Positions 1-10,723 are shown, numbered from the stretch's first letter. The stretch is 64,000 bases of DNA from an uncultured Actinomycetota bacterium (GCA_963750945.1 CAVVSH010000015.1:554215-618214); one strand, 5' to 3'. The notes: generated by a model not told the origin, from the sequence alone. A program made the numbers and translations.

Positions 1-517
1 CGCGCAGCTCCGCGCCTGCGGCGCGCGCCAGGCGAGCCTGCGCGCCGATCGCTTCGTCCGCCCGCAAGATCGCGCCCTCCGACTGGAAGACGAACGCCGA
101 CGCCCCATCGAAGCGGAGGGCCGGCCAGCGCTCGGAAACCTCGGACGCCGAGGGCCGCTCGAAGGACTCCCCGGCGGCTTCGAGCGCGGCGGCCGACAGG
201 TCGGTCGCCTTCCCGACGTCGAGCCCGCCCACGACCCGAAGGAGCTCGACGCCCGCGTCTGATTCGAGACGGCGCCACCGTGCGAGCGCCTCCCGTGCCA
301 TCCGAACGTAGACGGGGTCGTGATAGGTGAGCCGGAAGTTCCGGGTCGGCCCTCCCGAGCTGCCGCTGCCGTGGCCGAACGTGAATCGTTCGAGCAGGAC
401 CACCGCGCGGCCGCCCGAGGAGAGCGCTCGCGCGGCCGCCGTCCCCATCACGCCGCCGCCCACGATCACCACATCCGGTCGCTCCACGACGTCGCGGAGC
501 GTACCGGGTGTTGGCAT
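1..517 (-). CDS. FAD-dependent oxidoreductase of the DAO/ThiO/SoxB type, N-terminal part only. The gene runs off the window edge.
   Basis: The minus-strand translation starts MPTPGTLRDVVERPDVVIVGGGVMGTAAARAL, a Rossmann GxGxxG FAD-binding N-terminus. The start codon is the complement of cat at 515-517. It is absent from the ORF track because there is no stop in the window. Confidence 0.6.
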   Translation of the reverse strand, partial: MPTPGTLRDVVERPDVVIVGGGVMGTAAARALSSGGRAVVLLERFTFGHGSGSSGGPTRNFRLTYHDPVYVRMAREALARWRRLESDAGVELLRVVGGLDVGKATDLSAAALEAAGESFERPSASEVSERWPALRFDGASAFVFQSEGAILRADEAIGAQARLARAAGAELR

Positions 518-633
518 CGGCCCTCGGCCCGGGCGAGACTCGGACCGTGAACGAGTCCGGGAGCACGGCCCCTTCAGAGACGTCGGCCGACCCGACCGCC
601 GACTCAGACGGGTGGCGGCGTCGATGGCCGCCG

Positions 634-1803
634 ATGTCCTACTGGGTTCGGGTGCTGCTGACGATCGCCGCCGTCTCCGCGGTCCTGATCGCCCTGTGGT
701 CGGTGATCAACATCGTGATCCTGGTGTTGATCGCGGCCGTGCTGGCGATCGGCTTGGATCCCGCCGTTCGCTCGATCGAGCGACGCGGCCGGACCAGGGG
801 TCGGGCGGTGACGCTGATATTCCTGGCCGCCCTCAGCATCGCGATCCTGTTCGCGTGGCTGGTGATCCCACCACTCGTCACCCAGGTGGGAGGGCTCGCC
901 GACGACATCCCCGGGTACGTCGAGGAGCTCTCCACACGGGACGACGCGATCGGCCGGTATGTGAGAGAGAACAACGTTGCCGAGCGACTCCAGAGGTGGG
1001 TCGAGAGACTGCCGCAGACGGTCACGCGCTCGTTCGGCACGATCGTCGGTGTCGCCGGACGGGTCGGCAGCGTGATCTTCAACACGGTCACGGTCGCGAT
1101 CCTCACCATCTACTTCATGCTCTCCTTGCCGAGGATGCGGAGGAGCGCGGCGATCTGGTTCGCGCCTGGGGCGCGAGAGCGTGCCGAGGACGTGATGGAT
1201 CAGTCGATCAACCGGATCGGCGGATACGTGGCCGGCATCCTCACGACCGCGACGATCGCCGGAGCCTCCGCACTGCTGTTCTTCACGATCCTGGGCCTGT
1301 TCGGGGTGGGGATCGGGTTCGCGGTTCCGCTCGCCGTCTTCGCCGCGATCGCCGGGCTGATCCCGGCGGTGGGTGCGTACATCGGCGCTGCGCCGGCAGT
1401 GATCGTCGGCTTCTTCCAGTCCGGCCTGACCGGCGTCCTGATCCTCGTCTACTTCATCGTGTACCAACAGATCGAGAACTACGCGATCCAGCCGCGGATC
1501 ATGAAGAACGCGGTGAACCTGTCACCGACCGCGGTGATCCTCTCGACGCTGGTGCTGGGTTCGCTCGCCGGGTTCGCCGGCGCCATCCTCGCGCTGCCGG
1601 TCGCGGCGACGATCAAGGTCATCATGGTGGAGCTCGTCCTGCGCGACCGGGTCGCCGAGGGTGACCCGGCGGCGAAGGAAACGCTCGACAAGCACGATCG
1701 CGCGGAGGCCGAGGCCGAGGCAGATGCCGAGGCGAGAGCGAGGGCTCGCAAGCGCATGCTGAACCGACTGCAGGACCGCCTGCGCCGCAAGTCACGCGGG
1801 TAG
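634..1803 (+). CDS. AI-2E family transporter (PerM/YhhT, UPF0118)
   Basis: Polytopic membrane protein with the characteristic AI-2E layout and a charged C-terminal tail. ATG at 634 lies in frame inside track ORF 508..1803, and the first TM follows it. Confidence 0.75.
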   Translation: MSYWVRVLLTIAAVSAVLIALWSVINIVILVLIAAVLAIGLDPAVRSIERRGRTRGRAVTLIFLAALSIAILFAWLVIPPLVTQVGGLADDIPGYVEELSTRDDAIGRYVRENNVAERLQRWVERLPQTVTRSFGTIVGVAGRVGSVIFNTVTVAILTIYFMLSLPRMRRSAAIWFAPGARERAEDVMDQSINRIGGYVAGILTTATIAGASALLFFTILGLFGVGIGFAVPLAVFAAIAGLIPAVGAYIGAAPAVIVGFFQSGLTGVLILVYFIVYQQIENYAIQPRIMKNAVNLSPTAVILSTLVLGSLAGFAGAILALPVAATIKVIMVELVLRDRVAEGDPAAKETLDKHDRAEAEAEADAEARARARKRMLNRLQDRLRRKSRG

Positions 1804-1812
1804 CATCACGTC

Positions 1813-2331
1813 GTGCCTGATGAACCCCCCCGGCCGACGACGAGAGAAGAGGCGCGGGGCAAGGAGGGCAAGCCCACCGAGAGACGGAACAAGGGCGAGC
1901 GGCCCCGGGATCGTCTCGGCAGGCCGCTCCCGTGGGACGCAGCGAGCGAGCTCGAGCTGGAGGACTTCGGCTCGTTGAGCCTGGACGAGAATCACGAGCT
2001 CGGCAGGGCTCATGCGCGTGCCGGACGGTGGTTCGCGGCACACGAGGCTTGGGAGACCGCGTGGAAGCAAGCCCGAGACACGGGTGAGGCCGAGCTGTTC
2101 AAGGGTCTGTCGCAGATGGGCGCCGGCTACGTGCATCTGTTCCGGGGCAACGCACATGGGGCGGCAACACTGCTTCGCCGGGCGGCCATGCGGATCGCAC
2201 CGTACGAGGACGGGAGCCGCGACGTCCCCACGAAGTCGCTCGCGGACCGCCTCGAGGCCGACGCCGATGCGGTCGACCGAGGGGAATTGGTGCCGGGAGA
2301 GGCAGCGACGGTGGCGCCCGTGGAGTTGTAG
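1813..2331 (+). CDS. DUF309 domain protein
   Basis: Motif HELGRAHARAGRWFAAHEAWETAWK resembles DUF309. Basic low-complexity N-terminus. Confidence 0.5.
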   Translation: MPDEPPRPTTREEARGKEGKPTERRNKGERPRDRLGRPLPWDAASELELEDFGSLSLDENHELGRAHARAGRWFAAHEAWETAWKQARDTGEAELFKGLSQMGAGYVHLFRGNAHGAATLLRRAAMRIAPYEDGSRDVPTKSLADRLEADADAVDRGELVPGEAATVAPVEL

Positions 2332-2342
2332 CCTTTCCGCGC

Positions 2343-3056
2343 ATGAGTGAGGCGATCGAGCAGATCCGATGGACGGGGCGCACCGGCCCCTTCGAATTCC
2401 GGGTGAATCCCGGCGTCTTCGCGCCGACCCACACGAGCAAGACGATCGCCGAGGCCTTGGAATTGAGGCCCGAGGACACCGTCATCGACGTGGGATGCGG
2501 TTCCGGTGTGTTGTCGTTCGTCGCGGCGCGGCTCGGTGCCCACCGGGTGATCGGCTGCGACATCTCCGAGGAAGCCGTGGAGATCGCGCGCTTCAACGCC
2601 AAGCGGCTGGGGCTGGACGGGACCTGCGAGTTCCGAGTCGGCAGCCTCCTCGACCCCGTCCGTGACCTCCGGGCGGACGTCGTCATCGGCGACGTCTCCG
2701 GGATTCCCGATGAGATCGCGCAGGTGGCCGGATGGTTCCCCGACGGGAGGGCCGGCGGTCCGACCGGCGCCGAGCTCCCGTCGGCGATGCTGGAATCGAT
2801 CGGCGAGACGCTCAAGCATGGCGGTCATCTCTACCTGCCGACGGGCACGATCCAGGACGAACGGACGATCCTCGCGAAGGCGCGTGAGATGTTCGGCGAG
2901 CGGATGCAGGCGGTCATCGAAAGAGACTTCCCGCTCCCCGATGTCGTCGGGAAGTCGCTCGCGGCGGCGCGCATGATGAAGGAGGGGCTCCTGAACCTCC
3001 ACAAGCGCGGCTCTCGGTGGCTGTGGCGTCTCCGCGTGTGGCGCTGCGAGCGCTGA
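2343..3056 (+). CDS. Class I SAM-dependent methyltransferase (small-domain, PrmC/RsmC-like)
   Basis: Motif I VIDVGCGSGVLS followed by a post-I acidic residue (GCDISEEAV). Confidence 0.7.
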   Translation: MSEAIEQIRWTGRTGPFEFRVNPGVFAPTHTSKTIAEALELRPEDTVIDVGCGSGVLSFVAARLGAHRVIGCDISEEAVEIARFNAKRLGLDGTCEFRVGSLLDPVRDLRADVVIGDVSGIPDEIAQVAGWFPDGRAGGPTGAELPSAMLESIGETLKHGGHLYLPTGTIQDERTILAKAREMFGERMQAVIERDFPLPDVVGKSLAAARMMKEGLLNLHKRGSRWLWRLRVWRCER

Positions 3057-3092
3057 GAAGAAGCTCGAGCCGACCTCCGCCGATCCGGCGAT

Positions 3093-3599
3093 CTACTCCG
3101 TGGGCCTCAGCACCGCCACGGATTCGACCGTGTACCCCGCCTCGCGCAGGTGGTCGGCCCCGCCCCGATCGATCGCCAAGACGATCGTGACGATCTCGGC
3201 TCCGGCCGCCTCCAGCACCTCCGCGGCCTGCCGCACCTGGTGGCCGGTCGTCGAGACGTCCTCGAGCAGGGCGATACGGGTTCCCGGGCCGGCGACGCCT
3301 TCGACCTGCGCCTTGGTGCCGTACTCCTTCGGCTGCTTGCGGACGACCGTGATCGGCAGGCCGGTCTCGAGCGCTACCGCCGCGACCAGAAGCATCGCAG
3401 CGCCTTCGGGCGCCCCGAGGGAGGTGACACCGGGGGGGAGCAGCGATGCCGTGGCCTTGGCCACGTCGCGGAGGAGAGCCGGGTCGGTCAGGAAGCGGAA
3501 CTTGTCGAAGTACACCGACGATCGCCGACCGCTCGACAGGATGAAGTCTCCGTGCAGCTCCGACGCGGCCACCATCCGTCGCACGAGGTCGTCGTTCAC
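3093..3599 (-). CDS. pyrE: Orotate phosphoribosyltransferase
   Basis: PRPP-binding motif LLEDVSTTG and typical PyrE length and N-terminus. Confidence 0.9.
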   Translation of the reverse strand: MNDDLVRRMVAASELHGDFILSSGRRSSVYFDKFRFLTDPALLRDVAKATASLLPPGVTSLGAPEGAAMLLVAAVALETGLPITVVRKQPKEYGTKAQVEGVAGPGTRIALLEDVSTTGHQVRQAAEVLEAAGAEIVTIVLAIDRGGADHLREAGYTVESVAVLRPTE

Positions 3600-3618
3600 C
3601 GGCGGCTAGCATACGGAC

Positions 3619-4620
3619 GTGGGTCGAGGCGGGTGGTACGGAGCCGTCGGCCGCCCGGCGTTCTTCGCCCTCCCTCCTGAGGCCTCGCATCGCCTCGCGA
3701 CTTCCCTGCTGACCCTCCCGCTCCCGTGGCGCCGGATCGGAGGAGCCGTCCGCGATCCATCGATCGAGGTCGACCTCTGCGGCATCCGTCTCTCTAACCC
3801 GATCGGGCTCGCCGCGGGCTTCGACAAGACTTGCCGTCACCTCGATGCCCTTGGTCGGCTCGGGTTCGGGTTCGTCGTCGGAGGGACCATCACCCGCGCG
3901 CCCCGGAAGGGGAACCCGAAGCCGAGGATCGTCCGTTCGCCTCGGCGGGGCGCGATCGTGAATTCGATGGGACTGCCGAATCCGGGCGCCGACGCCGCGG
4001 CGGCGGCGCTGGCTCGAACCCGGCGAACGGCGCCCCGTTTCGCAAGCGTGGCGGACGAGGACGTCGATGCGGCGACCGAGACCGTCGAGATCCTTGCACC
4101 CCACGTCGAGGGGTTCGAGTTGAACGCGAGCAGTCCGAATGCCCCATGGCGGCACGACGCGGCCCACATGGGCACCCTGCTGGCGGCCTTCCGCAGCCGG
4201 ACCGACCTGCCGGTGCTCTTGAAGCTGCCGCCGTACACCAATGACGACGAGCGCACTCGGGTCCTGGCGCTTGCCCGCGATGCGATCGATGCCGGCGCGC
4301 GAGGGCTCGTCTGCTCCAACACGATCCCGGTCCAGGACCCCCGGTTGGCGGCCGGTCGCGGCGGCCTCTCGGGTGCACCACTCGGGGAGCTGACACCCAG
4401 GATCGTCTCGGACGTGGCCGCCGCGACCGGCCGCGCGGTTCCCATCGTTGCGTCCGGAGGCATCTCCACGACCGAGGACGTGCGGGCCTGCCTCGATGCC
4501 GGTGCGACGGCCGTCCAGCTCTACACGGGGCTGATATACCGAGGCCCGGGGATCCTCGGGGAGCTCACACGAGGGCTGTCGACACCTCCTCGGTCCGCGG
4601 GGGCACGCCCCGCCGGCTGA
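3619..4620 (+). CDS. pyrD: Dihydroorotate dehydrogenase (quinone), class 2
   Basis: N-terminal amphipathic start FFALPPEASHRL, GLAAGFDK, and the TIM-barrel FMN-site motifs (SNT, GGI). Confidence 0.9.
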   Translation: MGRGGWYGAVGRPAFFALPPEASHRLATSLLTLPLPWRRIGGAVRDPSIEVDLCGIRLSNPIGLAAGFDKTCRHLDALGRLGFGFVVGGTITRAPRKGNPKPRIVRSPRRGAIVNSMGLPNPGADAAAAALARTRRTAPRFASVADEDVDAATETVEILAPHVEGFELNASSPNAPWRHDAAHMGTLLAAFRSRTDLPVLLKLPPYTNDDERTRVLALARDAIDAGARGLVCSNTIPVQDPRLAAGRGGLSGAPLGELTPRIVSDVAAATGRAVPIVASGGISTTEDVRACLDAGATAVQLYTGLIYRGPGILGELTRGLSTPPRSAGARPAG

Positions 4621-4704
4621 GCGCGGCATTGCCGGACCCTCGCTTCGCCGTCAATATTGGCCGGGTTCACGACGCTGCCGGGGACAGGAGAGGGGGAACG
4701 GCGC

Positions 4705-5826
4705 GTGTCCGAGGCTGTCCGAGTGGAAGCCGTGCGTCCCGACGCGAGCGGTTCCGCGCCTGCCGTCGCGCTGGAGGACGTGGTCAAGCGCTTCGGGGAC
4801 GTCGTGGCGGTAGACGGCGTCAGCCTGGACGTGCGCCAGGGGGAGTTCTTCTCCTTGCTCGGCCCGTCCGGCTCCGGCAAGACCACCTGTCTCCGGATGA
4901 TCGCGGGATTCGAGCGACCGACCGAGGGGCGGATCCTCCTCGACGGCACCGACGTCTCCGACCTTCCGCCGTTCGAGCGCGATGTGAACACGGTGTTCCA
5001 GGACTACGCGCTGTTCCCACATATGACCGTCGCCCAGAACGTCGGCTACGGACTGATGGTGCGGAAGATTCCGAGAGACGAGCGGCACAAGCGGGTTTCC
5101 GACGCGCTGGAGATGGTCCGACTCGAGCGCATGGGTGACCGGAAGCCCGGACAGCTCTCGGGTGGACAACGACAGCGCGTCGCGCTCGCACGGTCGCTCG
5201 TGATGCGACCGACGGTGCTCCTGCTGGACGAGCCGCTCGGCGCGCTCGACCTGAAGCTCCGGCAGGCGATGCAGATCGAGCTGAAGGAGATCCAGCAGGA
5301 GGTGAGCCTCACCTTCATCTACGTGACGCACGACCAAGAAGAGGCGCTCACGATGAGCGATCGTCTCGCGGTCTTCAATGAGGGCAAGGTGGAGCAGGTG
5401 GGCACGCCGGCCGAGGTCTACGAGCTTCCGGCCACGGCGTTCGTCGCCGGGTTCATCGGTGTGTCGAACGTGCTCGACGGCGAGGTCGCCGAACGGATCA
5501 CGGGAAGCGACCACGCGTTCACCATCCGTCCCGAGAAGATCGCGATCGTCCCGATCGACGAGGTGGCCGGCGAGTCACAGTGCACGGCAACCGGCCACGT
5601 CCGAGAAGTCGTATACCTCGGTGCCATCACCCGCTACATCGTCGAGCTCGACGAAGGGGGAGAGCTGGTCCTGATGCAGCAGAACCTCGAGACCAGCTCG
5701 ATGGAGGCGTTGCAGGTCCGAGGGAAAGCGGTCCGCCTTCGGTGGGATCGAAGCAACAACAGGCCCGTGGAGGCAACGGGGGGGAACGAGGGGTCCGCGA
5801 GGGACCCGGAAGAGGGGGTTGTATGA
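4705..5826 (+). CDS. potA: Spermidine/putrescine ABC importer ATP-binding protein
   Basis: Walker [10 protein letters not shown], signature LSGGQRQR, Walker B LLLDEP, H-loop, and a C-terminal TOBE domain. GTG at 4705 is preceded by GGAGAGGGGGAA, a better SD than the track TTG at 4657. Confidence 0.85.
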   Translation: MSEAVRVEAVRPDASGSAPAVALEDVVKRFGDVVAVDGVSLDVRQGEFFSLLGPSGSGKTTCLRMIAGFERPTEGRILLDGTDVSDLPPFERDVNTVFQDYALFPHMTVAQNVGYGLMVRKIPRDERHKRVSDALEMVRLERMGDRKPGQLSGGQRQRVALARSLVMRPTVLLLDEPLGALDLKLRQAMQIELKEIQQEVSLTFIYVTHDQEEALTMSDRLAVFNEGKVEQVGTPAEVYELPATAFVAGFIGVSNVLDGEVAERITGSDHAFTIRPEKIAIVPIDEVAGESQCTATGHVREVVYLGAITRYIVELDEGGELVLMQQNLETSSMEALQVRGKAVRLRWDRSNNRPVEATGGNEGSARDPEEGVV

Positions 5827-7064
5827 GGAAGGTGAGCCGATGGCTCGTCGGATTCGCCGCGTTGACGCTGATCGCGGCGGCGTGCGGCGACGACACGACG
5901 GAGCCGGGTGGCGGCGACGACATCAAGACCTACGATTCGATCGGTGATGGTGAGGGCCAGCTGAAGCTGATCGCCTGGCACGGGTACACCGAGGACGGAA
6001 CGACCGAGGGCTATGAGGAGTACGACTGGATCACGCCGTTCGAAGACGACACGGGCTGTGAGGTCGAGGTCACATACGCCGACAGCTCGGACGAGATGGT
6101 GCAGCTGATGCGACAGGGTGGTGGATCCGAGTACGACGGCGTCTCCGCGTCCGGCGACGCGTCCAACCGCTTGATCGCCGGCGGCGACGTGGGTGCCGTC
6201 GACCCGAGTCTATTCCCGGAGATGGCGAACGTCATCGCGCCGATCAACCCGGACGGCGGCACGAACGCCGACCACTACGTCGTGGACGGCAACGTCTACG
6301 GCACCCCGTACATGTACGGGCCCAACTTCCTCATGTACAACACCGAGGAGGTCAGTCCCGCGCCGACGAGCTGGGACGTGACGTTCGAGGCGGACTCGCC
6401 GTACGCCGGCAAGGTGACGGCCTACGATTCGCCGATCTTCATCGCCGACGCGGCCATGTACCTGATGGCGCATCAGCCCGATCTGGGGATCACCGATCCC
6501 TACGAGCTGACGCAGGAGCAGTTCGACGCTTCCGTCGACCTGCTGAAGCAGCAGAAGGCGGAGCTGATCAGCGCGTATTGGGCGCTGTACACGGATGAGA
6601 TCGACGGGTTCGTGGACGGATCGATGGTGGTCGGGACCGCATGGCCCGTGAACCTCACGTACACGAAGGGACCGGACGCCGCCAACACGGCAGCCGTGGT
6701 TCCCTCGGAGGGTGTGACCGGCTGGGCCGACACGTGGATGATCTCGGCCAACGCACCCAACCCGAACTGCATGCTCAAGTGGATGGACCACACCCTCCAG
6801 CCGGACGTCCAGGCGGAGGTCGGGATCTACTACGGCGCCGCCGGCTCGAACGTCGAGTCCTGCCAGGTCATCGCCGACACCCTCGGCGAGGGTGGCGAGG
6901 ACCTGGTCGACTCGGTCGAGTACTCGTTCTGCGGAAACGAGGAGTTCCTGGACTCGATCCACCTGTGGAAGACGCCGCAGGTGGCCTGCGGCGACGACCG
7001 GGGCAACGAGTGCATCGACTACTCCCAATGGACGCAGGCCTGGACCGAGATCCGCGGTACCTAG
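5823..7064 (+). CDS. Polyamine ABC transporter substrate-binding lipoprotein (PotD/PotF family)
   Basis: Signal peptide with lipobox ([11 protein letters not shown]) starting at ATG 5823, which is in frame within track ORF 5580..7064. PotD-like fold length. Confidence 0.8.
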   Translation: MRKVSRWLVGFAALTLIAAACGDDTTEPGGGDDIKTYDSIGDGEGQLKLIAWHGYTEDGTTEGYEEYDWITPFEDDTGCEVEVTYADSSDEMVQLMRQGGGSEYDGVSASGDASNRLIAGGDVGAVDPSLFPEMANVIAPINPDGGTNADHYVVDGNVYGTPYMYGPNFLMYNTEEVSPAPTSWDVTFEADSPYAGKVTAYDSPIFIADAAMYLMAHQPDLGITDPYELTQEQFDASVDLLKQQKAELISAYWALYTDEIDGFVDGSMVVGTAWPVNLTYTKGPDAANTAAVVPSEGVTGWADTWMISANAPNPNCMLKWMDHTLQPDVQAEVGIYYGAAGSNVESCQVIADTLGEGGEDLVDSVEYSFCGNEEFLDSIHLWKTPQVACGDDRGNECIDYSQWTQAWTEIRGT

Positions 7065-7071
7065 GAGCGCC

Positions 7072-7971
7072 GTGGCATCGGTGACCGAGGCGGCGGACGG
7101 CGGAGCCGTTCGCCGCCTCAGCGCCGCGCTCTACCGCCACCGCGCGGGGAGGCTCCTGCTCACGCTGGGGCCTCCCCTCGCGTGGATGGTCGTCATCTAC
7201 CTGGGCTCCCTGGCGCTGTTGCTCGCGTCGTCCCTCTGGCGCCTGGATGTGTTCACGACCAAGATCGTGCACGACTGGGGCTTCACCAACTTCCAGATCC
7301 TCTGGGAAGGCGAGGTCTACCGCAACATCGTCCTTCGGACGGTCGGGATCGCGGCGGCCGTCACCGTGACGGACATCGTCCTCGCGTTCCCGCTCGCCTA
7401 TTACGCCGCGCGACTCGCGACGCCCCGGATGCGCAACGCCCTGCTGATCGCCGTGGTGCTGCCTCTTTGGGCCAACTACCTCGTGCGGGTGTTCGCATGG
7501 CGGATCATCCTCACCCCCAACGGCTTCCTGAACTCGGTCGCCAACGCGATCGGACTGGGCTCGCTCCAGCTCGGCCGGTCCAACTGGGCGATCTGGCTCA
7601 CGTCGGTCTACCTGTGGCTGCCGTTCACGCTGCTGCCGATCTACGCGGCCCTCGAGCGGGTGCCGGCGTCGTTCCTCGAAGCGTCGGAGGATCTCGGCGC
7701 TCGTGGTTGGTTCACGTTCCGCCGTGTCGTGTTCCCGCTGATCCTGCCGGGCATCGTGGCGGGGTCGTTGTTCTCCTTCTCCCTCACGCTCGGCGACTAC
7801 ATCGTGCCGGAGCTCGTCGGGAACACGCAGTTCATCGGCAACGTGATCTACGACAACGTCGGGGTCGCGGGGAACACCCCGCTGGCCGCGGCGTTCGCGC
7901 TCGTGCCGATCGCGATCATGGCCGTCTATCTCACGCTCGCGAAGCGAGCGGGCGCGTTCGAGGCGCTGTAG
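7072..7971 (+). CDS. Polyamine ABC transporter permease (PotB-like)
   Basis: Six-TM BPD_transp_1 permease with the EAA-like loop (EASEDLGA). GTG 7072 follows AGGAG at 7064-7068. Confidence 0.8.
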   Translation: MASVTEAADGGAVRRLSAALYRHRAGRLLLTLGPPLAWMVVIYLGSLALLLASSLWRLDVFTTKIVHDWGFTNFQILWEGEVYRNIVLRTVGIAAAVTVTDIVLAFPLAYYAARLATPRMRNALLIAVVLPLWANYLVRVFAWRIILTPNGFLNSVANAIGLGSLQLGRSNWAIWLTSVYLWLPFTLLPIYAALERVPASFLEASEDLGARGWFTFRRVVFPLILPGIVAGSLFSFSLTLGDYIVPELVGNTQFIGNVIYDNVGVAGNTPLAAAFALVPIAIMAVYLTLAKRAGAFEAL

Positions 7972-7973
7972 CG

Positions 7974-8798
7974 ATGGAGTCGAGGGCGGCGCGCGTGCTG
8001 ATCAAGAGCGGGAGTGTGCTCACGCTCGTGTTCCTGTACGTGCCCCTCGCGATCGTGGCGATCTACGCGTTCAACGACAGCATCGGCCAGGCGTGGCCGA
8101 TCCAGGACTACACGACGAAGTGGTTCGGCATCGCGTTCCGGGAGGCGACGGTCCGCCAGGCGATGATCAACTCGCTGCAGATCGCGCTCTTCGCGACGGC
8201 GCTGGCATTGATCCTCGGCAGTGCCGCCGCGTTCGCCGTTCACCGCTTCGACTTCTTCGGCCGCAACACGGTGTCGTTCCTGCTGGTGCTCCCCATCGCC
8301 CTCCCGGGGATCGTGACCGCGATCTCGCTGCGCTCGGCGATCGAGACGTTCGGCGTGTCCTTCGGGGTGCTCACGATCGTGGTCGGCCACGCGACCTTCT
8401 GCATCGTGGTCGTCTACAACAACGTGTTGGCGCGCCTGCGGCGCACGCCGACCTCACTGGTGGAGGCGTCGATGGACCTCGGCGCGGACGGGTGGCAGAC
8501 GTTCCGCTACGTCACGTTCCCCGCGATCAGAACCGCGGTCCTCGCCGGCGGGTTGCTCTCGTTCGCGCTCTCCTTCGACGAGATCATCGTGACGAACTTC
8601 CTCGCGGGCAGCACCATCACGCTTCCGAAGTTCATCTACAACAGCATCCGGCTGCCCCGGAATCGCCCGGTGGTGAACGTGGTGGCGGTGGTGGTCGTCC
8701 TGCTGATGCTGATCCCGGTGTACATCGCGCAGCGGCTGGCGGGAGGCACCGACTCGCAGGTGGCCGCCGCCGGGTCGCGGGCGGGCGAGGACCCCTAG
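7974..8798 (+). CDS. Polyamine ABC transporter permease (PotC-like)
   Basis: Second BPD_transp_1 permease (EASMDLGA). ATG 7974 lies 2 nt after the potB stop. Confidence 0.8.
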   Translation: MESRAARVLIKSGSVLTLVFLYVPLAIVAIYAFNDSIGQAWPIQDYTTKWFGIAFREATVRQAMINSLQIALFATALALILGSAAAFAVHRFDFFGRNTVSFLLVLPIALPGIVTAISLRSAIETFGVSFGVLTIVVGHATFCIVVVYNNVLARLRRTPTSLVEASMDLGADGWQTFRYVTFPAIRTAVLAGGLLSFALSFDEIIVTNFLAGSTITLPKFIYNSIRLPRNRPVVNVVAVVVVLLMLIPVYIAQRLAGGTDSQVAAAGSRAGEDP

Positions 8799-9319
8799 AG
8801 GTACTGCCCCCGCGGCGGAGCACCCTGTTGCTCGGTCTGCTGGTCGGGGTTCTGCGCCATCAGGCCGCGCCGCCGGATCTCCTCGAACTGCTGTCGCGCC
8901 GCCATCTGCTGCGCGAACATCGCGGCCTGGATCCCATGGAACAACCCTTCCAGCCATCCCACCAGCTGCGCCTGCGCGACACGCATCTCGGATTCGCTTG
9001 GGACACCGTCGAGCGGCGGGACGAGCTCCTGAAGCTCGTCCTTCAGATCTTGGCTGACCGATTCGCCCAGCTCCTCGACGGACCGGTGGTAGATGTCCAC
9101 CAGCCGCTTGCGGCCGGCTTCGTCCATCGAGGCGTGGCGCGTCTCCTCCAGGAGCTCTCGGACCATCGACGCGATCCTGAGGAGCTTGGCCGGCTCGGTG
9201 ATGCTCTCCGCCGGCGGCGCGCCCTCGCCCTCGGTCCCCGGTTTCCCGGGCTCGGGCGGTACCTCGACGGGGACCGCGGGGATCGCCTGGACGGGGACAA
9301 CGTCCTCGGGGGTGCTCAC
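8795..9319 (-). CDS. bpa: Bacterial proteasome activator-like protein (Bpa/PafE family) with C-terminal GQYL
   Basis: The protein ends ...QGAPPRGQYL. A GQYL C-terminus is the 20S proteasome docking motif of mycobacterial Bpa. Helical central region of comparable length. Confidence 0.65.
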   Translation of the reverse strand: MSTPEDVVPVQAIPAVPVEVPPEPGKPGTEGEGAPPAESITEPAKLLRIASMVRELLEETRHASMDEAGRKRLVDIYHRSVEELGESVSQDLKDELQELVPPLDGVPSESEMRVAQAQLVGWLEGLFHGIQAAMFAQQMAARQQFEEIRRRGLMAQNPDQQTEQQGAPPRGQYL

Positions 9320-10704
9320 GCCTCCAAGGTAGCAGCCGGCTCGCCGGTTCCCTCGCCGAGGGTTCGGAGGAAGAGCGCCTCGGCGAGCGCGATGTGCTCG
9401 ATCTCGGACAGGTCGACGCTCTCGTTCACGGAATGGATGAACGAGCGTTCGTCCATCGCGCCCCAGATCAGGATCTCCATGCCAGGGAACGTCTCGGTGA
9501 GCATCGGGACCAGAGGGATCGATCCTCCCGAGCCCACCTCGATCGGGTCGCGCCCGTACGCCCGCGCGAGAGCGTCCATCGCCGCGCGGCTCGCGGGCGT
9601 CGACGTGTCGACCAGGTAGCCGTGTCCTGCTTCGAAACCGGACGCTCCCTCGAACGTCACCTCCACGCCCCAGGGGGCGTGGGCCCGGAGATGGTCCACG
9701 AGCGCCTCGCGTGCCGCGCCGGGATCGTCACCCGGCGCGAGCCGGAGGCTCACGCGGGCGCGAGCGACCGGCACGATCTGATTCGACGAGCCGGCGATCG
9801 CCGGCGCGTCGACGCCCAGCACGGCGACGGCGGGGGAGGACAGCAGACGGTCCGCGATCGTGCCCGACCCGATCAGCTCCACCGAGTCGAGGACACCCGA
9901 CTCATCGCGGAACTCGTCTTCGGGCAGCTGCGCGCCCTCCCACTCGAACCGCTTCAGACCTTCGATCGCGACGTCGCCCTCGTCCGTGTGCAGCGAGGCG
10001 ATCATCCGCGCGAGCGCCGTGATCGCATCCGGGATCGGTCCTCCGTACGCCCCCGAGTGCTGGGCACTCGGGAGGACGCGGACCTGCACCACGATGTCGG
10101 TCACCCCTCGGATCGAGGTGTTCATCGTCGGGACGCCGGTCCGGTAGTTGCCGCCGTCGGCGATCACGGCGACGTGCGCCCGCAGCAGATCGGCGTGGCC
10201 TTGGACGAGGTCGGGCAGATGCTCGGTCGAGCACTCCTCCTCGCCTTCGACGACGACCTTGATCGTCACCGGAGGTTCGCCGTCGGCGAGCAGGGCGCGG
10301 ATCGCCGCCGCGTGGACGACGATGCCGCTCTTGTCGTCCGCGGCCCCGCGCCCGTACATGCGTCCGTCATTCACCACCGGCTCGAACGGAGGCGTGTCCC
10401 ACTGGTCGACCGGACCCTCGGGCTGCACGTCGTGATGCGCGTAGAGCAGGACCGTCGCCGCGCCGTCGGGTCCGCGGATCTCACCGAAGACCGCCGGGTG
10501 TCCACCGTCCAGCTCCAGCAGGCGGGCGTCCTCCACGCCGGCCTCCCGCAGGATGTCTCTGGTCGTCTCGGCCGAGGCCCGGACATCGGCCGGGTCGTAG
10601 CCCGGGTAGCCCATCGACGGGATTCGTACGAGCCGCTCGAGCTCCGCGATCGTGCGCGGCATGTCGGCCGCGATCCGTTCGCGGAGTGTCTCGTCCTCGC
10701 TCAT
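9316..10704 (-). CDS. M20 family dipeptidase/peptidase
   Basis: M20 metal-ligand motifs (HHDVQP, GRGAADDKSG, EGEEE) plus a dimerisation domain. Confidence 0.8.
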   Translation of the reverse strand: MSEDETLRERIAADMPRTIAELERLVRIPSMGYPGYDPADVRASAETTRDILREAGVEDARLLELDGGHPAVFGEIRGPDGAATVLLYAHHDVQPEGPVDQWDTPPFEPVVNDGRMYGRGAADDKSGIVVHAAAIRALLADGEPPVTIKVVVEGEEECSTEHLPDLVQGHADLLRAHVAVIADGGNYRTGVPTMNTSIRGVTDIVVQVRVLPSAQHSGAYGGPIPDAITALARMIASLHTDEGDVAIEGLKRFEWEGAQLPEDEFRDESGVLDSVELIGSGTIADRLLSSPAVAVLGVDAPAIAGSSNQIVPVARARVSLRLAPGDDPGAAREALVDHLRAHAPWGVEVTFEGASGFEAGHGYLVDTSTPASRAAMDALARAYGRDPIEVGSGGSIPLVPMLTETFPGMEILIWGAMDERSFIHSVNESVDLSEIEHIALAEALFLRTLGEGTGEPAATLEA

Positions 10705-10723
10705 GGGCTGCGAAGCCTACCGG

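Noticed and set aside
327-1664. Track ORFs of 445 aa (+) and 287 aa (-, 604..1467) overlapping the AI-2E transporter gene
   Set aside because: Arg/Ala/Gly/Pro-rich translations are typical of off-frame reading in high-GC DNA. The co-located frame encodes a clean polytopic AI-2E transporter.
2914-4629. 571-aa minus-strand ORF spanning pyrE and pyrD
   Set aside because: Low-complexity R/G/A/P-rich product, antisense to two well-supported genes.
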